This document shows, piece by piece, positions 1 to 14,292 of a DNA stretch of 64,000 bases. The position numbers were made by a program, and so were the translations under genes. The notes under the pieces were generated by a model that was not told the DNA's origin, did not search any database, and was given only the letters and a program-made list of their open reading frames with translations. The stretch is from Octopus bimaculoides (lineage: Eukaryota): positions 69,841,352 through 69,905,351 of the forward strand of contig NC_068986.1 of the NCBI RefSeq assembly GCF_001194135.2, written 5' to 3'. Numbering within the stretch: the stretch's first letter is position 1; each line of letters begins with the position of its first letter.

Positions 1-481
1 GACTTTAGAAATTAACTAGCGTTAAGACTTTAGAAATTAACTAGCGTTAAGTCTTTGGAAATTAACTAGCGTTAAGACTTTAGAAATTAACTAGCGTTAA
101 GACTTTAGAAATTAACTAGCGTTAAGACTTTAGAAATTAACTAGCGTTAAGTCTTTGGAAATTAACTAGCGTTAAGACTTTAGAATTTAACTAGCGTTAA
201 GACTTTAGAAATTAACTAGCGTTAAGATTTTAGAAATTAACTAGTGTTAAGTCTTTGGAAATTAATTAGCGTTAAGACTTTAGAATTTAACTAGCGTTAA
301 GACTTTAGAAATTAACTAGCGTTAAGACTTTAGAAATTAACTAGCGTTAAGACTTTAGAATTTAACTAGCGTTAAGTCTTTGGAAATTAACTAGCGTTAA
401 GACTTTAGAATTTAACTAGCGTTAAGACTTTAGAATTTAACTAGCGTTAAGACTTTAGAAATTAACTAGCGTTAAGACTTT
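1..481. repeat. 25-bp minisatellite (GACTTTAGAAATTAACTAGCGTTAA), 19 full units plus a partial, truncated by the window start and an N-gap
   Basis: Exact 25-bp period read directly. Variant unit GTCTTTGGAA... starts at 51, 151, 251 and 376. Confidence 0.97.
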
Positions 482-3400
482 NNNNNNNNNNTCCGATCTG
501 TTCTGTTGTGTTAATAAAAGGCGAACACTTCAGCCTGAAAAGTAAGAAAGCATTTGTATCAACTATAGTTGAAATGATATGTTATTGCTTTTCTACGCCT
601 CTTCTTCACGTGATTGATCATTTCTGAATCAGGATATGCCTATGCAACATTAGTATGTTTATTTATCTTCTTTATCCACAAAGTTGAACTTATTAAGATC
701 TGAACACATATAGGTATTCGAAGACTCCCTTCGCTTTTTTATCCAATCGTTATCCATGTTAATCACAATAAATTTGTTTCTGATAAAATATAAAGATGTT
801 ATACTTTGTGTTTGTATCTGGTTTGCAAGATTCTTTATGCGAACTCGTGTGTTGATGCAAATTTTGTTGTTTCTGGGGAGAGTCATATTGTCTTAATGCC
901 TTATTATCTAACACACTCACCGGTTCGATTTCCAATCATTTATTATTTATATTTTTTCTTCCAAAATTTTCGTTGCTTTTGTAACTTTGCCAAAAAGCCA
1001 CCATCCATTGACAAGGTTGCAAAAGCAACTAAAATTTTGGTAGAAAAAATATAAATAATAAATGGCTGTAAGTCAAACCGGTGAGTGTGTTAGATAATAA
1101 GGCATTAAGACAATATGACTCTCCCGAGACACAACATAATAAAGTTGTTAAATATATGGAAAACAAATACTGGATTTTCTCGATATAACTTTATCAAACA
1201 TTGCCGTAACGGTCTGGAGAAAAAAATCACTTAATAATGATATCATTTGACATTATTGCAAAGTAAGCATGGAATTTTTAATACTAAAAACATATGTGCA
1301 TACACATTCATATACGCACACTTTCACTAAAAATATGTACATAAATTTGGGGAAGATGACTTTATTCCAGACAGGAAAAGCATTTTGTGGACTCACTTAT
1401 TTCTGAAAGACAACTTCTAGCTTAAGAATTTTCTATTCTTTTGACATTTTATACTTTTACTTACAATAAATGTCAAGAAGAGGTAAATGGAGTGCCTCAG
1501 TGTATACCTCAGTTAATGCACTGCTCGTCGTCAAACCTAAATACCTGACTGGAAATATGCTAAAAGATTTTCTTCTATGGGGTCTTCTATAATAAATTGC
1601 TTTGACACGCCATTTCCAGTTTCCTTTTAATGCATTCCAAGAAATGGCCAATGCTTACTGTCCAATAACATGTTTAAATGTTGATTTCTTTTGACGAGTC
1701 ATAAAGCTATCATCTAATGGCTGCAGTTTAATCAATTGAATCTACCTCAGTGTATATTCCCCTTATTCACATTAGTGAAAGAAAGATATGTTCTAGCATG
1801 GTTCGAACTCACGAGAGTGAGATATAGAACTTGACATTTTTAATACATTTTTTTATACTCCTCATTGTCATTCATTACAAACATAGTGCAATACGCTGGG
1901 ATAAATAACAGATCCTGTTATTTACTCTCAGATGTGTTACCATTATGTAACCGGTCTATATTTACTCCCTTAACTATACAAAGGTTATTACGGTTGAGTA
2001 AGCCAACCATTACTTATTTAACTGACGGTTAGACTTGACATAGTAGATCAGAACTTTTTCTATATTCATAGAGTTATTTCAAACTACTAAAATCCGAAAA
2101 CAAGTTGACTCTCTTGTCCCAGTCGATTAACTAGTTAATATTTTTGTAACATAACACAGAAATATAAATATTATGTTGTACTATCATATCTCTCCAGTGC
2201 ATTTGGAAACATTAAAGCACTAAAATATTATTCCTTGCGGACAATATAAAGTAGTTTTTGTTTTTTTAATGTTATGTGGTCTGTCGGTTTAATAAGAGCC
2301 CTCAGTTAAACTGGTACATAATTTGAAGCGACTGGTGAGAATGTGAGTCGATAGTCTTTGAGCATAAGATAACTAAGAGTGAGTGTTGGAAGTGATTAAA
2401 GCTATTTCGTAAAGGGAAACTTGTAACAGAAACTAATTCACATTACTTACTTCAAAACTACTTGACATTACTCCTGCTTTGTTTTTTCTACTCTTCCTTC
2501 CCCTTTTTTTCATTCACTCTCGAACCCTATTTCTTTCCTCTACACAAACACAACTCTTTCTCAAAAACATCTCGCACACTTTCACTTATGCCCATTCATT
2601 CGTGCGTAAAGACATGAACACCCCACAATCTCTCACCGTCTCCTTCCATCCAACTACCTTCTTAAACCCCTTCTTCAAAGATGGCTTCTGACAATTACCT
2701 TCCCGCATTATTACAACTAGCTAAATTTGATATGAGACTTTGATACTGTTAATAAATTTCCCTTCTATTATTTCATCTTAAAACATGAGTAAGTCACTGG
2801 GTACAGTGTTAATCGAACTAGTAAGATGAACTGAAGCTAAAGACTTTGATCAATCGATTATCTGTTTCTCGCATTTCTTCTCGGTAATATAGTGAGGTAA
2901 TGTAGTAATCCGTTTGGGAGTGGTAAGGCAACCAGACCAAGCTTTATGAAAAGCTATCGGTCGATTCGTTTAAAATATTCTGCAGTAATTTTGATTGAAT
3001 TTATGCTGACACGAAATATAGCACGAAATCATTATGTCTTGACAGTTATTATGTAGTATTTAACTATAATATCGTGTTGACAAGCCAAGTCGATAGGACA
3101 GTGACCTATAAAACTAGGAATATAACATTTTGTATCTTATTAAATGCTCAGCGCTGAGTCCATACTAAAGGATTTGAAAATACACTAGGAAAGTGTTTCC
3201 AGTATTACTAATATGCGAGAATGAGGTAAAAATTGCGTTATAAGCACAAAAGAGACGAAGTAAAAATCGACCACACCAGTTCACTTTTCTTCGAATTTCT
3301 AGGTAATGATAAATTTTTTAGAGTAAAATATCCAAACCACAATGTTATGTTTTATTTTCAGTTACTAATTGTAATTTGGATAAATGAAGAAGCTTTAGTA

Positions 3401-3599
3401 TATTTTAAAATTTAACAGCAACTCATTTGTCATCAGTTTATTTTGTTTGACTATAATGTAAGTTAAATTATCTTCACTATGATAAATAAGTTGTCTAGAC
3501 AACTTCCTGTTATAGTCTCAACGGATCTGAACGCGTTGAGTAAGTACAGTAAGTTCTGAACCGAGTGGAAATAGAGTGTGCTAAGTGCTATGAAAACCA

Positions 3600-4150
3600 T
3601 GGTCATCACCCACTGCAACCTCTTGGACTATCCACCTCCTGTGTTAACAGGAAATTATTGATGTCTTTGACATTTCAAAGAAGTGAAAGACTTCAAATAC
3701 GTGGGCTCAGAGATCATCTCAGCAAAGCGGGACCTCAAAGTGAGGAAGGCGACTGCAGGAAAGCCTCTGTTTAGCGTTGGTAGTGTGTAGAACGCCAACC
3801 TCTCCAACATATCAAGATGAGCTGGTTTTATGCGACTGTAAGATCTATCAAACTATATGGATATAAATTGTGGACCCTGAACTCTACCTTGCAAAGGTCT
3901 ATGGAGAGTGTTACACCAACACGTTAGCCACAAGCAAAACACCAGGTTCATGTGAGATAATAGCAATCAAAAGAATGAGGCTGGCCGGTCATTGTCAGAG
4001 ACAGTGGCAGTTGCAAGTCAGCCAATATACGTGGAAGTACCTGAAATAGATATAGAACTGGAAACTACTAGCGAGCTTGTAAGGTGTATGACGGACTGAA
4101 ATGGTTTGAAGTATCACTGGATACTCGTCTATCGACGACCTAAGTAGGGG
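3600..4150 (+). mobile_element. Decayed RTE-clade LINE, C-terminal RT region
   Basis: Broken frames give KEVKDFKYVGSEIISAKRDLKVRKA, IKMSWFYATVRSIKLYGYKLWTL and MRLAGHCQR, matching RTE motifs FKYLGS, LLYGxExWTL and RLxxAGH. Stops and frameshifts are present. Confidence 0.75.
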
Positions 4151-5133
4151 ATACGCATCATTTAAGTTGCCCGAAGTCAGTGAAGCTAACCCTTCATTTT
4201 CAATATTTATTTCAATATCTGTAGACTAATGGCTACAGATATTGAAATAGTCTCTTGCAAATAGTAAAAGCTTACAGTTGCAAACAAAACCACTTCTTAA
4301 ATGTATGTTCCGTTACTCTAGATGCTGGGAGTAAACTAACGACAAACAACATCTTCGTGATACTAAGATATATAACGAGCAAAACAGATGCGGCTACAAT
4401 GGCCAAGAAATCCTCGCCTGCCTGTCAACATGAAGAAAATTAAAAATGACCGTTCATTTAGAATCTAACGTTTACATATGAAAATAAAACTGTATCTAAA
4501 ACGTACTTTAGCTGGAATGTGTTAAAAAATAATGCAATTAAATACCTTAAAGCAAGTAGATAACACCTGTCATGTCAACTAAATTGACTGTAAAAAATAA
4601 AGCAACAGTTTGCTGTTAGAAACGAAAATGGTATGGATATATATAAAGTATAGAAACCATAAACTACTTGTCTGTTGCTATATTCTGTACGCTAGTAGCT
4701 ATTGAAATTTTAAAAGGGGTAAAATCGATTTAATCGGCACCGTTAGAATTCATTAGGAAATTCAACAGCAATGAACATCAAATCTTACACGTAGAACTAT
4801 GAATATAACTCAAACATTGGAATATAACTCAACCACTTCATTGTCTTCAGTTTTGATACCCTTACATTATATATTGTTATCATAACAGAAAATTCAGTCA
4901 TCTGATATAATGCAAATTCTTCCTACTTTTGCATTGCAGAAAGTTGTACCATTACTGGATCCAACAAAATGCCACAGCATTTTACAACTATATCAAATTT
5001 ACTACAAATAAACCCAGACATAGTCCACCGACCACATCTGGGCTAAGTAGAAGAAAAACTCGATGCAAGTGCATACTTAAGATACCATATGCATATGCAT
5101 ATATGTATGTATTATGTATGTATATACATAATA

Positions 5134-5339
5134 CAACTGCCACTGTCTCTGACAATGACCGGCCAGCCTCATTCTTTGATTGCTATTATCTCACACAAAC
5201 CTGGTGTTTTGCTTGTGGCTAACGTGTGGGTGTAACACTCTCCAAAGTCCTTTGCAAGGTAGAGTTCAGGGTCCTCAATTTATATCCTTATAGTTTGATA
5301 GATCTTACAGTCGCATAAAACCAGCTCATCTTGATATGT
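5134..5339 (-). repeat. Inverted copy of 3807-4013 (RTE remnant)
   Basis: Manual alignment of the reverse complement gives about 7 substitutions and 1 indel over 207 bp. Confidence 0.93.
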
Positions 5340-5358
5340 ACATACATACATACATACA

Positions 5359-5430
<72 letters not shown>
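5340..5430. repeat. (CATA)n/(TA)n compound microsatellite
   Basis: Read directly. Confidence 0.95.
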
Positions 5431-5432
<2 letters not shown>

Positions 5433-5584
5433 ACGGGCTTCTTTGAGTTTCCGCCTACCAAATCCACTCACAAGGCTTTGGTCGGCCCGAGGCTATAGTA
5501 CAAGTCACTTGCCCAAGATGCTACGCAATGGAACTGAACCCGGAACCATGTGATTGGTAAGCAAACTCCTTACCACACAGCCAC
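5433..5584 (-). mobile_element. tRNA-derived SINE, family B (GTGGCTGTGTGGTAAG...GGTTCAGTCC head)
   Basis: A/B-box-like head on the - strand. The same sequence recurs at 20368, 52032, 60772 and 61742. Confidence 0.8.
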
Positions 5585-6859
5585 TTTGTGTGAGTGAATA
5601 TGTATGTATATATATATGTGTGTGTGTATGTGTGTGTGTGTGTGTGTGTGTGTATTGTGTGTAAGTATATGTATATGTTTCCATTCAGAGTTTCTCGATT
5701 CTTGCAAAATTGTGACTAGCAACACAGATTAGTCTCACTACTAATTCCTATCAGATCTACGATTAAGGTCTTCCACCTTTGAATATATTGTCCTTCTTTC
5801 AAGAATTTTTTTGATCAAGGGTTACACCACGTTATGTAAACTTCTTTTTCATTAAGCCAGTTGCATGTGAGTTTGGTGAAATTTGACTCGTAATTTTATT
5901 AGGTCTCTGACCACATAAACACGTTTTCGTTACCTTATTACTTATATTTATTGAAATTTCAAATGATGCAGGAGGGAGAGTGGATTAAACGGAAAGACGC
6001 CATTATTAGTCAATCTCCACTAACATTGGTCATTTAAGACACCTTCAAAACAGAATTACTGAGTGATCTAAGCGTAGAATAACAGATCGCCCATTTATTC
6101 TCCACGCAGTATCTTACTACTGAGAGTCAGCTGTCAAATATCTGTGGTCTGGGAGTCATCTTGGAAGTAATGTCACTCGCTTAACAACTTCAGGTCACTG
6201 AATTTAGATGTGGTCGTTATCGACGAGGCAAGAATTTCCAGGATGCAAGCATTTGTGTTTCTTCGAATGGAAACTTAATTATAATTTGTTAGTGACTCTC
6301 GAAGAAAGGAGAAGATGATTTCAATAAATTAACTGATTTCACAGAAAATTTCATCTTCATATTTGTTTGTAAAATATACACACTAAGCTACATATGGCTT
6401 TTGTTTTCTTACAAACAACAGCACACAACTGAATAGGATCATCGTTTCATACACAAATTTGTACTTCTCGAAAGAAAACACTAGCTACACAAAACGTTTT
6501 AATCTCAGCTCTTCGTGCTGACCACTACTTGAAATAACTATCGATGTAAAATACTATACCCTCTCACAGCTGCTCCAGTCCCAGCTATTCTAGTTGAAAA
6601 TATCATTTTCCTCATTGAACTTGACTTATTTCCAGCTACGCTTACTTGATAGTCAACAACATCAGTTTATTTATATTGTGCATGTTATGATTTATGCTTT
6701 TAGCGTTCGGGCTATAAATGTGAGTGTATGTATGTATGTGTGTGTGTGTGTTTGAGTGTGTGGGGGATGCGTTTGGGTGTGCGCTCACACACATGCTTGT
6801 GTAAGTGCGTGTGTGTTCCTACATAGATAGAAGCGTTGACGTACTTATTATCCATACGT

Positions 6860-6960
6860 GATTGATAAAATAAAGTTCCAGTCAAGTAGTGTAGTTCCAA
6901 GTATATATCAATTAACTTCATCTCTCAAAACTGCTGGCCTTGTACCTAAATTAGAAACAA
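6860..6960 (+). mobile_element. SINE family A, degenerate 3' part
   Basis: GATAAAATAAAGTTCCAG...CTGGCCTTGTACCTAAATTAGAAAC resembles the 3' end of the copy at 34728. Confidence 0.5.
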
Positions 6961-7479
6961 TTATAACTTAATAATCCTACCCTGCGTGTTTATATATTTA
7001 TATGTGCGTAAAACAAGCTTAGTATTTTGCATGCAATATGATTACATATTTGTGCTATTTTAATGAGCATTGTTTCAAAGATACTATCTTCAAAATTATG
7101 TTTACGTTTATTCACTCTGCTCGCACGATATTATTTCAGGCAGAAATGTGTTTCTGTGTCCATCCTCTTCGGTTTTTAGTAATTAATTCCCTCTCCGAAT
7201 ACGACTATATCCTATGATATGCCTTAATTCATCTCTATTGAGGTTCACCTTGGTACCTATTGTGTAATTAACATTCAGTTCATTTCATGTTTTATTCGGT
7301 TGCTTTTATAGATTAGTCTTGAATATGAGCTAAATTCTGCATTTCTTTAAAAAGTGTTCCTTGATACAACCGCAACACATATGTAAATATATGGACACGC
7401 ATTTATGAATATACTTGCTTATAACTAGAATGCTTCTATATAAATATTGATAGACTTTCCACTTCCAATATTTGCGTGT

Positions 7480-8497
7480 ATACACAAACACACACACGAA
7501 CACGCACTATGCACACACGCACACGCACTATGCACACACACATACACACACACACACAGGTATGCACGCACGCACACACACATACACGCACACACGTATA
7601 CATGCAAAAATGTAAACACATACAAGCTTGTCGTAAGTACGCAAGTACAGTTATACGTTGGTATGCAACTTTCGTATCCCACATACATATGAGGCACACA
7701 CATAGTGCTACAAGAGAGTGTCGCTTTCCTTAAACTCTTATTTAAGTTTTATTTCCCATTTGTCAAGTAAAAGATCCTGCCTACCATTTGTGATTTCCTA
7801 AGTCCCTTGTCCACACTCTCAGGGACAGTATTAATCTTGACATGATTTTACAGAAAGGCTAATATTGTTTCCCTTCTAGCATCAAAGAACTCGAAATCCC
7901 CGATGACGACTAAAAGCAGACATAATGTCCTCCACCTAAGTAGCGTCTCTTCCTTTTTCCTCCACAAGGGCACGTCTTTCCTCATCATTATGCATGTTGT
8001 ATTCCCCTTATCCACACACTACAACACAGCTGCTAAAACCAGTCTCCACCCAACTTCAGAACGTTAACTTCTCCTTTCGCCTCTTCACATACCTTCCATT
8101 TTTCTGCGTGCATGTATGTGCTGAGGCTATGTTGTTGTTGTAGTATGTTGGTGCCATTATTTTGTAATTTTTTTCTCTTCGCTCAAGATATTGTTCATTG
8201 TTTCCTCGTTGGTTTATTACTGTAGTAGATAGAGAACTCCTGTTTAATGTGACATCTCCTTAATTTTCTTGATTCAGGCGGAAATTACTCGTTGCTCCAG
8301 TGTATTGCTGGCCCCACTATCATACAGTACATCTATGTAAGCATTTATTTAAATGCTTCGAGGCATTTAATTAGAAATTCGTTGAGAAAATGCTATTATA
8401 GTACGCAAAATATACATACATACTGTAAATATATATATACATATATGTATATATAAACGTATGTGTGTGTGTGCGTGTAAATATGTATGCATGCATG

Positions 8498-8570
<73 letters not shown>

Positions 8571-8716
8571 GTATATATATGTTTGTATATATATACATAC
8601 ACCTGTCTCTATCCAATATATATACGTTTGTACGTATGTATGTATGCAGATATGTATGTATTTATATATGCACGTGCATATATGTGTATGTGTTTTCCTG
8701 TGCATGTTTGCGTACA

Positions 8717-8754
<38 letters not shown>

Positions 8755-8930
8755 CATGAGAGTTTGTGTGTGTAATGACCAAAACTGTGCGTGTCGTTTT
8801 TATGTGTGCAGCTATATACCAAGAAAATTATGATGGTGTGATATATATGTGAGTGATATTGAAATACATGCAATAAACAATACATTTGCACACATACGCG
8901 CGTGTATGCACGCATGTACATATACGTACA
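7480..8930. repeat. Two blocks of CA/TA/TACA-rich degenerate microsatellites (about 7480-7700 and 8430-8930)
   Basis: Source of the HT/YI/CV-repeat pseudo-ORFs in the track. Confidence 0.9.
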
Positions 8931-9457
8931 TATTATTAATGGATTATTTTCTAAACGTCATATACATTTCTTAATTGCATACTACCTTCCACATCACTGC
9001 ACAGAATTCATTTCTGATGTTTTGGAGTAAACGATATCTGGTAAGATATATCACGAAATTAAGAGAATATTTCCAGCAAATAACAGTATATTGGAGTAAA
9101 TTCAGAAAATTCTTTCTAGTCAAAAACAAAACAAAAAATGAACAGAGAAGAAAGAAGATAGAAGTCATGTATATAATGAAGTGTATTCCTTCACCTAAAA
9201 TCATTAACATTTTCACGCTTCCAGTAAAAGTTCATAGTAGATGAACTCAATTTTCTTGTACTTTTAGTACAAAAAAAGTCGGTATTATATTTTAATGTGT
9301 GTGTATGGTAATATTAGTTTGGAATTGAAAACCACCAAAATCTCACAGAGATTATTGTTGTTTTTCAGTTTTTACACAGCGAAACTAGGGTTTCCATATG
9401 TTTACAGGATGACCTGGAAGCAATCGCAAGTACTTACAAGTTAAAAATAATGATGAT

Positions 9458-9638
9458 AATTTCTACAAGGCCTGAAATGTTAAGGGTTGGAGCTAGTCGA
9501 TTATATCGACCTCAGTGCTCGACTGGTACTAAACAGATCGATCCTGAAAAGATAAAAAGTCACGTTGGACTTGGTGGAATTTGTACTCAGAACGTAGATT
9601 GATGAAATGCTGTTAAGCATTTTGTCCGGGGCATGCTA
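9458..9638 (-). mobile_element. tRNA-derived SINE family A (...CTGAGTTCAAATTCCGCCGAGGTCGACTTTGCCTTTCATCC...)
   Basis: Matches copies at 10428, 14108, 17568, 34728, 44458-45310 and 51222. Confidence 0.75.
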
Positions 9639-10422
<784 letters not shown>

Positions 10423-10427
10423 AAAAA

Positions 10428-10572
10428 TACTTTCTGCTATAGGCACAAGGCCTGAAATTTTTGGGGAATGGATTAGTTGATTTGATCGACCCCAGTACGC
10501 AACTGGTTCTTAATTTACCGACTCTGAAAGGATGGAAGGCAAAGTCGACCTCGGCGGAATTTGAACTCAGAG
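10428..10572 (-). mobile_element. SINE family A (3' part)
   Basis: GGCACAAGGCCTGAAATTT...GGCAAAGTCGACCTCGGCGGAATTTGAACTCAGA. Confidence 0.8.
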
Positions 10573-10624
10573 GTCGAGTTTGCCTTTTCATCCTTTTGGG
10601 GTTGATAGGTTAAAATAGTAATAA

Positions 10625-10994
10625 AAGAAAGAACAGTAATGATAATCGACATAGCATGCCATGGTGACAACGGGATCAATGTAAAAGAAGGAGGAAAAAA
10701 TAAACAATTATTTGAAGTGGGAAATACGAAGGCTGTGGTCAATGAAGAGAGTAGACGTGATACCAGTAGTAATTGGTGCACTTGGAAGTATCAACACTCA
10801 ACAACCAGCATAACTAAATAAAATTGGTGGAAGTGTGAAAGTAGAACACCTTCAAAAATCAGCATTGCTTGGAACTGCAAGAATTCTTCGCAGGGTTCTT
10901 CAAGCATGTCCAGTAAACAAGTGTCACCTTAGTCTGCTGGTTGTGGGCAGCCGACACTTTTCATCATACCCAGCAAAATAAACTGTGAGTGTTC

Positions 10995-11030
<36 letters not shown>
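10625..11030 (+). mobile_element. Second R4/Dong-like 3' fragment (different family) with (TAA)n tail
   Basis: IIDIACHGD, WEIRRLWSMKRVDVIPVVIGALGSI and LQKSALLGTARILRRVL, then a (TAA)n tail at about 10998-11030. Confidence 0.8.
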
Positions 11031-11033
<3 letters not shown>

Positions 11034-12316
11034 CGGGAACATGTGAGAGTGATAAAATATGTGAGAGTAATAAAACACTGCTCCGAAATCTATCCAGAAA
11101 TACTGGGAATAAATACTACGGGATTCCACAGAAATTCTGTCTCTCAAATTCACTCACAAAGCATTACTCGACTAGTGCTCTAGCAGAAAACATTTACCTA
11201 AGGTGATCATTGTGAAACCGAATTTGAAATTATATGATTGCGAATCAAACCTCTTAATCTCTAAATACACCCATGCCTACGCTTACACAGAATAAAAAAA
11301 TATATATTCATGTACATATGTATGTATATGCGCGTGTATATGAGTGCGGGTGTGTTTGTATATATGTATGNNNNNNNNNNNNNGGGGGGGGGGTACGAGT
11401 GAGTTTATTTGTATGCCAGTGTGAATTGCTATACTCACAGATGACTAACATATATTCCTGGAGCAGTTTGCAGAATAGGATTCTGTTTATGACTTAAAGC
11501 AGCGAAAATATTTACTTGTCCGTTTATACAATCCAGTTCTGGCTGGCTTCGTTTATATCTGCTGACATTTCAGTAAATGTTTACGTTGTGAGACAAGTCA
11601 TGTACACAGCAAAGGTAGTAACCTCTGAGCTCTATGCCAATCAATCTTCGGTAACTACCGAAAGCAAGGGCACTTTTGTTCCTTGATAGAAAGAGAAAAA
11701 GAACTTTAGGAAATTATCTTGCACAGACGTAATGAAAGAGCCGTACATTAGTTTGAAAGCAGCCATTGCAAAATGGCTTTATTAGGAAAGAATTGTCGTG
11801 TGAAAGACCTTAAACATCAATAACAGTTATTTGGAGAAATATTCAGTAACCGAATCTTGACTTATATTTAATAAGTTTCTTGGTCATACTATACAAATGT
11901 AATGTAACCGCTGATATTGACAGTAATTGTTACACCAAAAATAGTGTTCGTTAGTTGATGTGCTTATTTGTGTTTATGTTTGATGTGTACATGTGAAGAT
12001 GTATGTGTACGATGGTTGTTTGAGTGTCAGAGTATGCAGTAACGTACTGTTGTGCTATGCTGTATACATGAATACTTGTGCAATGTTTCCGTCAACAATT
12101 TGGCGAAGCAGACCAAGACTGATTTTGCGCTCCAGTGAGGGAAATACCATTTAAAATTGAAGGAGGCGATAGGATCTTTTTTTCTTTTTATGTAAGGGCT
12201 CATCAGACCTTCCTAGCTCTCTGGCCTCCGAGCTGTTACCCATCCATACGCTTCTGTATTCGTGTAGATTGTCGGAAAGCAGTTTGTTTATCTCGTGCAA
12301 CTATGTTTCAAGAGTA

Positions 12317-12317
<1 letters not shown>

Positions 12318-12373
<56 letters not shown>

Positions 12374-12875
12374 NNNNNNNNNNNNNNNNNNNNNNNNNNN
12401 NNNNNNNNNNNNNNNNNNNNNNNNNNNNNNNNNNNNNNNNNNNNNNNNNNNNNNNNNNNNNNNNNNNNNNNNNNNNNNNNNNNNNNNNNNNNNNNNNNNN
12501 NNNNNNNNNNNNNNNNNNNNNNNNNNNNNNNNNNNNNNNNNNNNNNNNNNNNNNNNNNNNNNNNNNNNNNNNNNNNNNNNNNNNNNNNNNNNNNNNNNNN
12601 NNNNNNNNNNNNNNNNNNNNNNNNNNNNNNNNNNNNNNNNNNNNNNNNNNNNNNNNNNNNNNNNNNNNNNNNNNNNNNNNNNNNNNNNNNNNNNNNNNNN
12701 NNNNNNNNNNNNNNNNNNNNNNNNNNNNNNNNNNNNNNNNNNNNNNNNNNNNNNNNNNNNNNNNNNNNNNNNNNNNNNNNNNNNNNNNNNNNNNNNNNNN
12801 NNNNNNNNNNNNNNNNNNNNNNNNNNNNNNNNNNNNNNNNNNNNNNNNNNNNNNNNNNNNNNNNNNNNNNNNNNN

Positions 12876-12921
<46 letters not shown>
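12318..12921. other. (TG)n - N-gap (12374-12875) - (TA)n. Other gaps: 482-491, 11371-11383, 15639-16007, 32151-32177, 47570-47579, 57186-57275, 62239-62248
   Basis: N runs, mostly abutting simple or tandem repeats, typical of short-read scaffolding. Confidence 0.97.
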
Positions 12922-12929
<8 letters not shown>

Positions 12930-14107
12930 CGCACACACAGAGGTATACATATATACATACATATATGCATATATATATACACAATATATATAACATATAT
13001 GTAACGATATATATATGCGCATATATGCAACGATAGGCCCGAACCATGCAGAAATATATTAAAAGAAAGAAAATATTAACTATGTAACATGTAGGTGGTT
13101 GCTAGACTACAAGGCGATGGAATATACATAAGATATACATAGCTAAATACAATTATGAAATGAAAAATGGTGAAGGATATGGAAAAGAAAAAGAAATGTG
13201 TAGAAAATAAGTGAATATAGCATTAAATACATTCAAAGAGAAAGACAAATTAAAATTGAAAATTATGAACTTTGACCTATGAACAAAAATTACTCCCTCT
13301 CCACATAATTTTCTTATCTTGTCTTCCTCTATTCGCAGATATTTCCTCAATCTGTTGTATAAATTATGTAATATAATAACAATTCCTTTCTATATACAAA
13401 TATTAAGAATTTTTTAACTGAAACGAAAAATAAATGTATAAGCTTATATCCTGTTATATACTGTACTTCATTAAACTTGAACTTATTTAATGACGAAAAA
13501 TGAAATAAAATAATATAAATATAAATGGTTCCTGACAAGATTATTATCTCCCTTGCAACAGTAAGGAACGAATAACAAAGGAAAGAATGACTCACAACCC
13601 TACAAAAATTCCAAATGAAAAACTGTGTTTTTCCTTTAATACTTCTTTTCTTTTTATGACTTGGCAAATTGGCCAGACTTGTACGAAGGAGTACGTAGGT
13701 TATAAAGTCGAATGGAAATGGCTAGGACTACGCTTATTTTCCTAATAGCTGCACAATTGACAGGTGACCTACGATATACGCGCAATTATTGGTACACCTT
13801 CTGCTGCAATAGTTATTTTTGCAAGAAATACAATTAGGAATGTTACAACCTGTACGTAAAATTTTAAATGAAGCTACTTCTCTTTCCATTAAACTAATGA
13901 ATGTTGTACTATGAACGAGAACAACTTCCATTACACAAATGATCTCTCCATTGTATTTTTATATCCTTCTGTCTTTGAAAGTATTTGTTTTATTCTGTAG
14001 AGTAAATTATGTGATGTAATTAACTAACCCTTACTTTCTACTAGAGAGAGATAGAAATAAATCGAAATCATTTATTCTATATCAAATATTAGCACAACGA
14101 TAGTAAC

Positions 14108-14292
14108 TTCGAGGGTGATAGTAAGTCGATTAAATCAATCCTAGTACTCAAATGGTACTTATTTTATCGACTCCGAAAGGGATGAAAGTCAAAAACCGAC
14201 CACGGCGGAATTTGATCTCAGAACGTGAAGTCAGACAAAATGTCACTAGGCATCTTGCCGGTGTGCTAACATTTCTGACAGCACGCTGCCTA
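14108..14292 (-). mobile_element. SINE family A
   Basis: TTTTATCGACTCCGAAAGGGATGAAAG...CGGCGGAATTTGATCTCAGAACG...GCTAAC. Confidence 0.75.

Noticed and set aside
1-481. CRISPR-like appearance of the palindromic 25-bp repeat
   Set aside because: No spacers; units are directly adjacent; eukaryotic context.
1058-1080. ATGGCTGTAAGTCAAACCG|GTGAGT as an alternative phase-1 first exon
   Set aside because: MAVSQT has no hydrophobic core; 16771-16831 fits much better.
1465-1548. 84-nt - strand exon-like segment (RYLGLTTSSALTEVYTEALHLPLLDIY) with a GTAAGT donor
   Set aside because: No recognisable motif or partner exon; cannot be supported from sequence alone.
7425-8921. Long track ORFs rich in HT/YI/CV repeats (also 12135-13047, 15222-16223, 43585-44253)
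   Set aside because: Translations of dinucleotide/tetranucleotide microsatellites and N-gaps.
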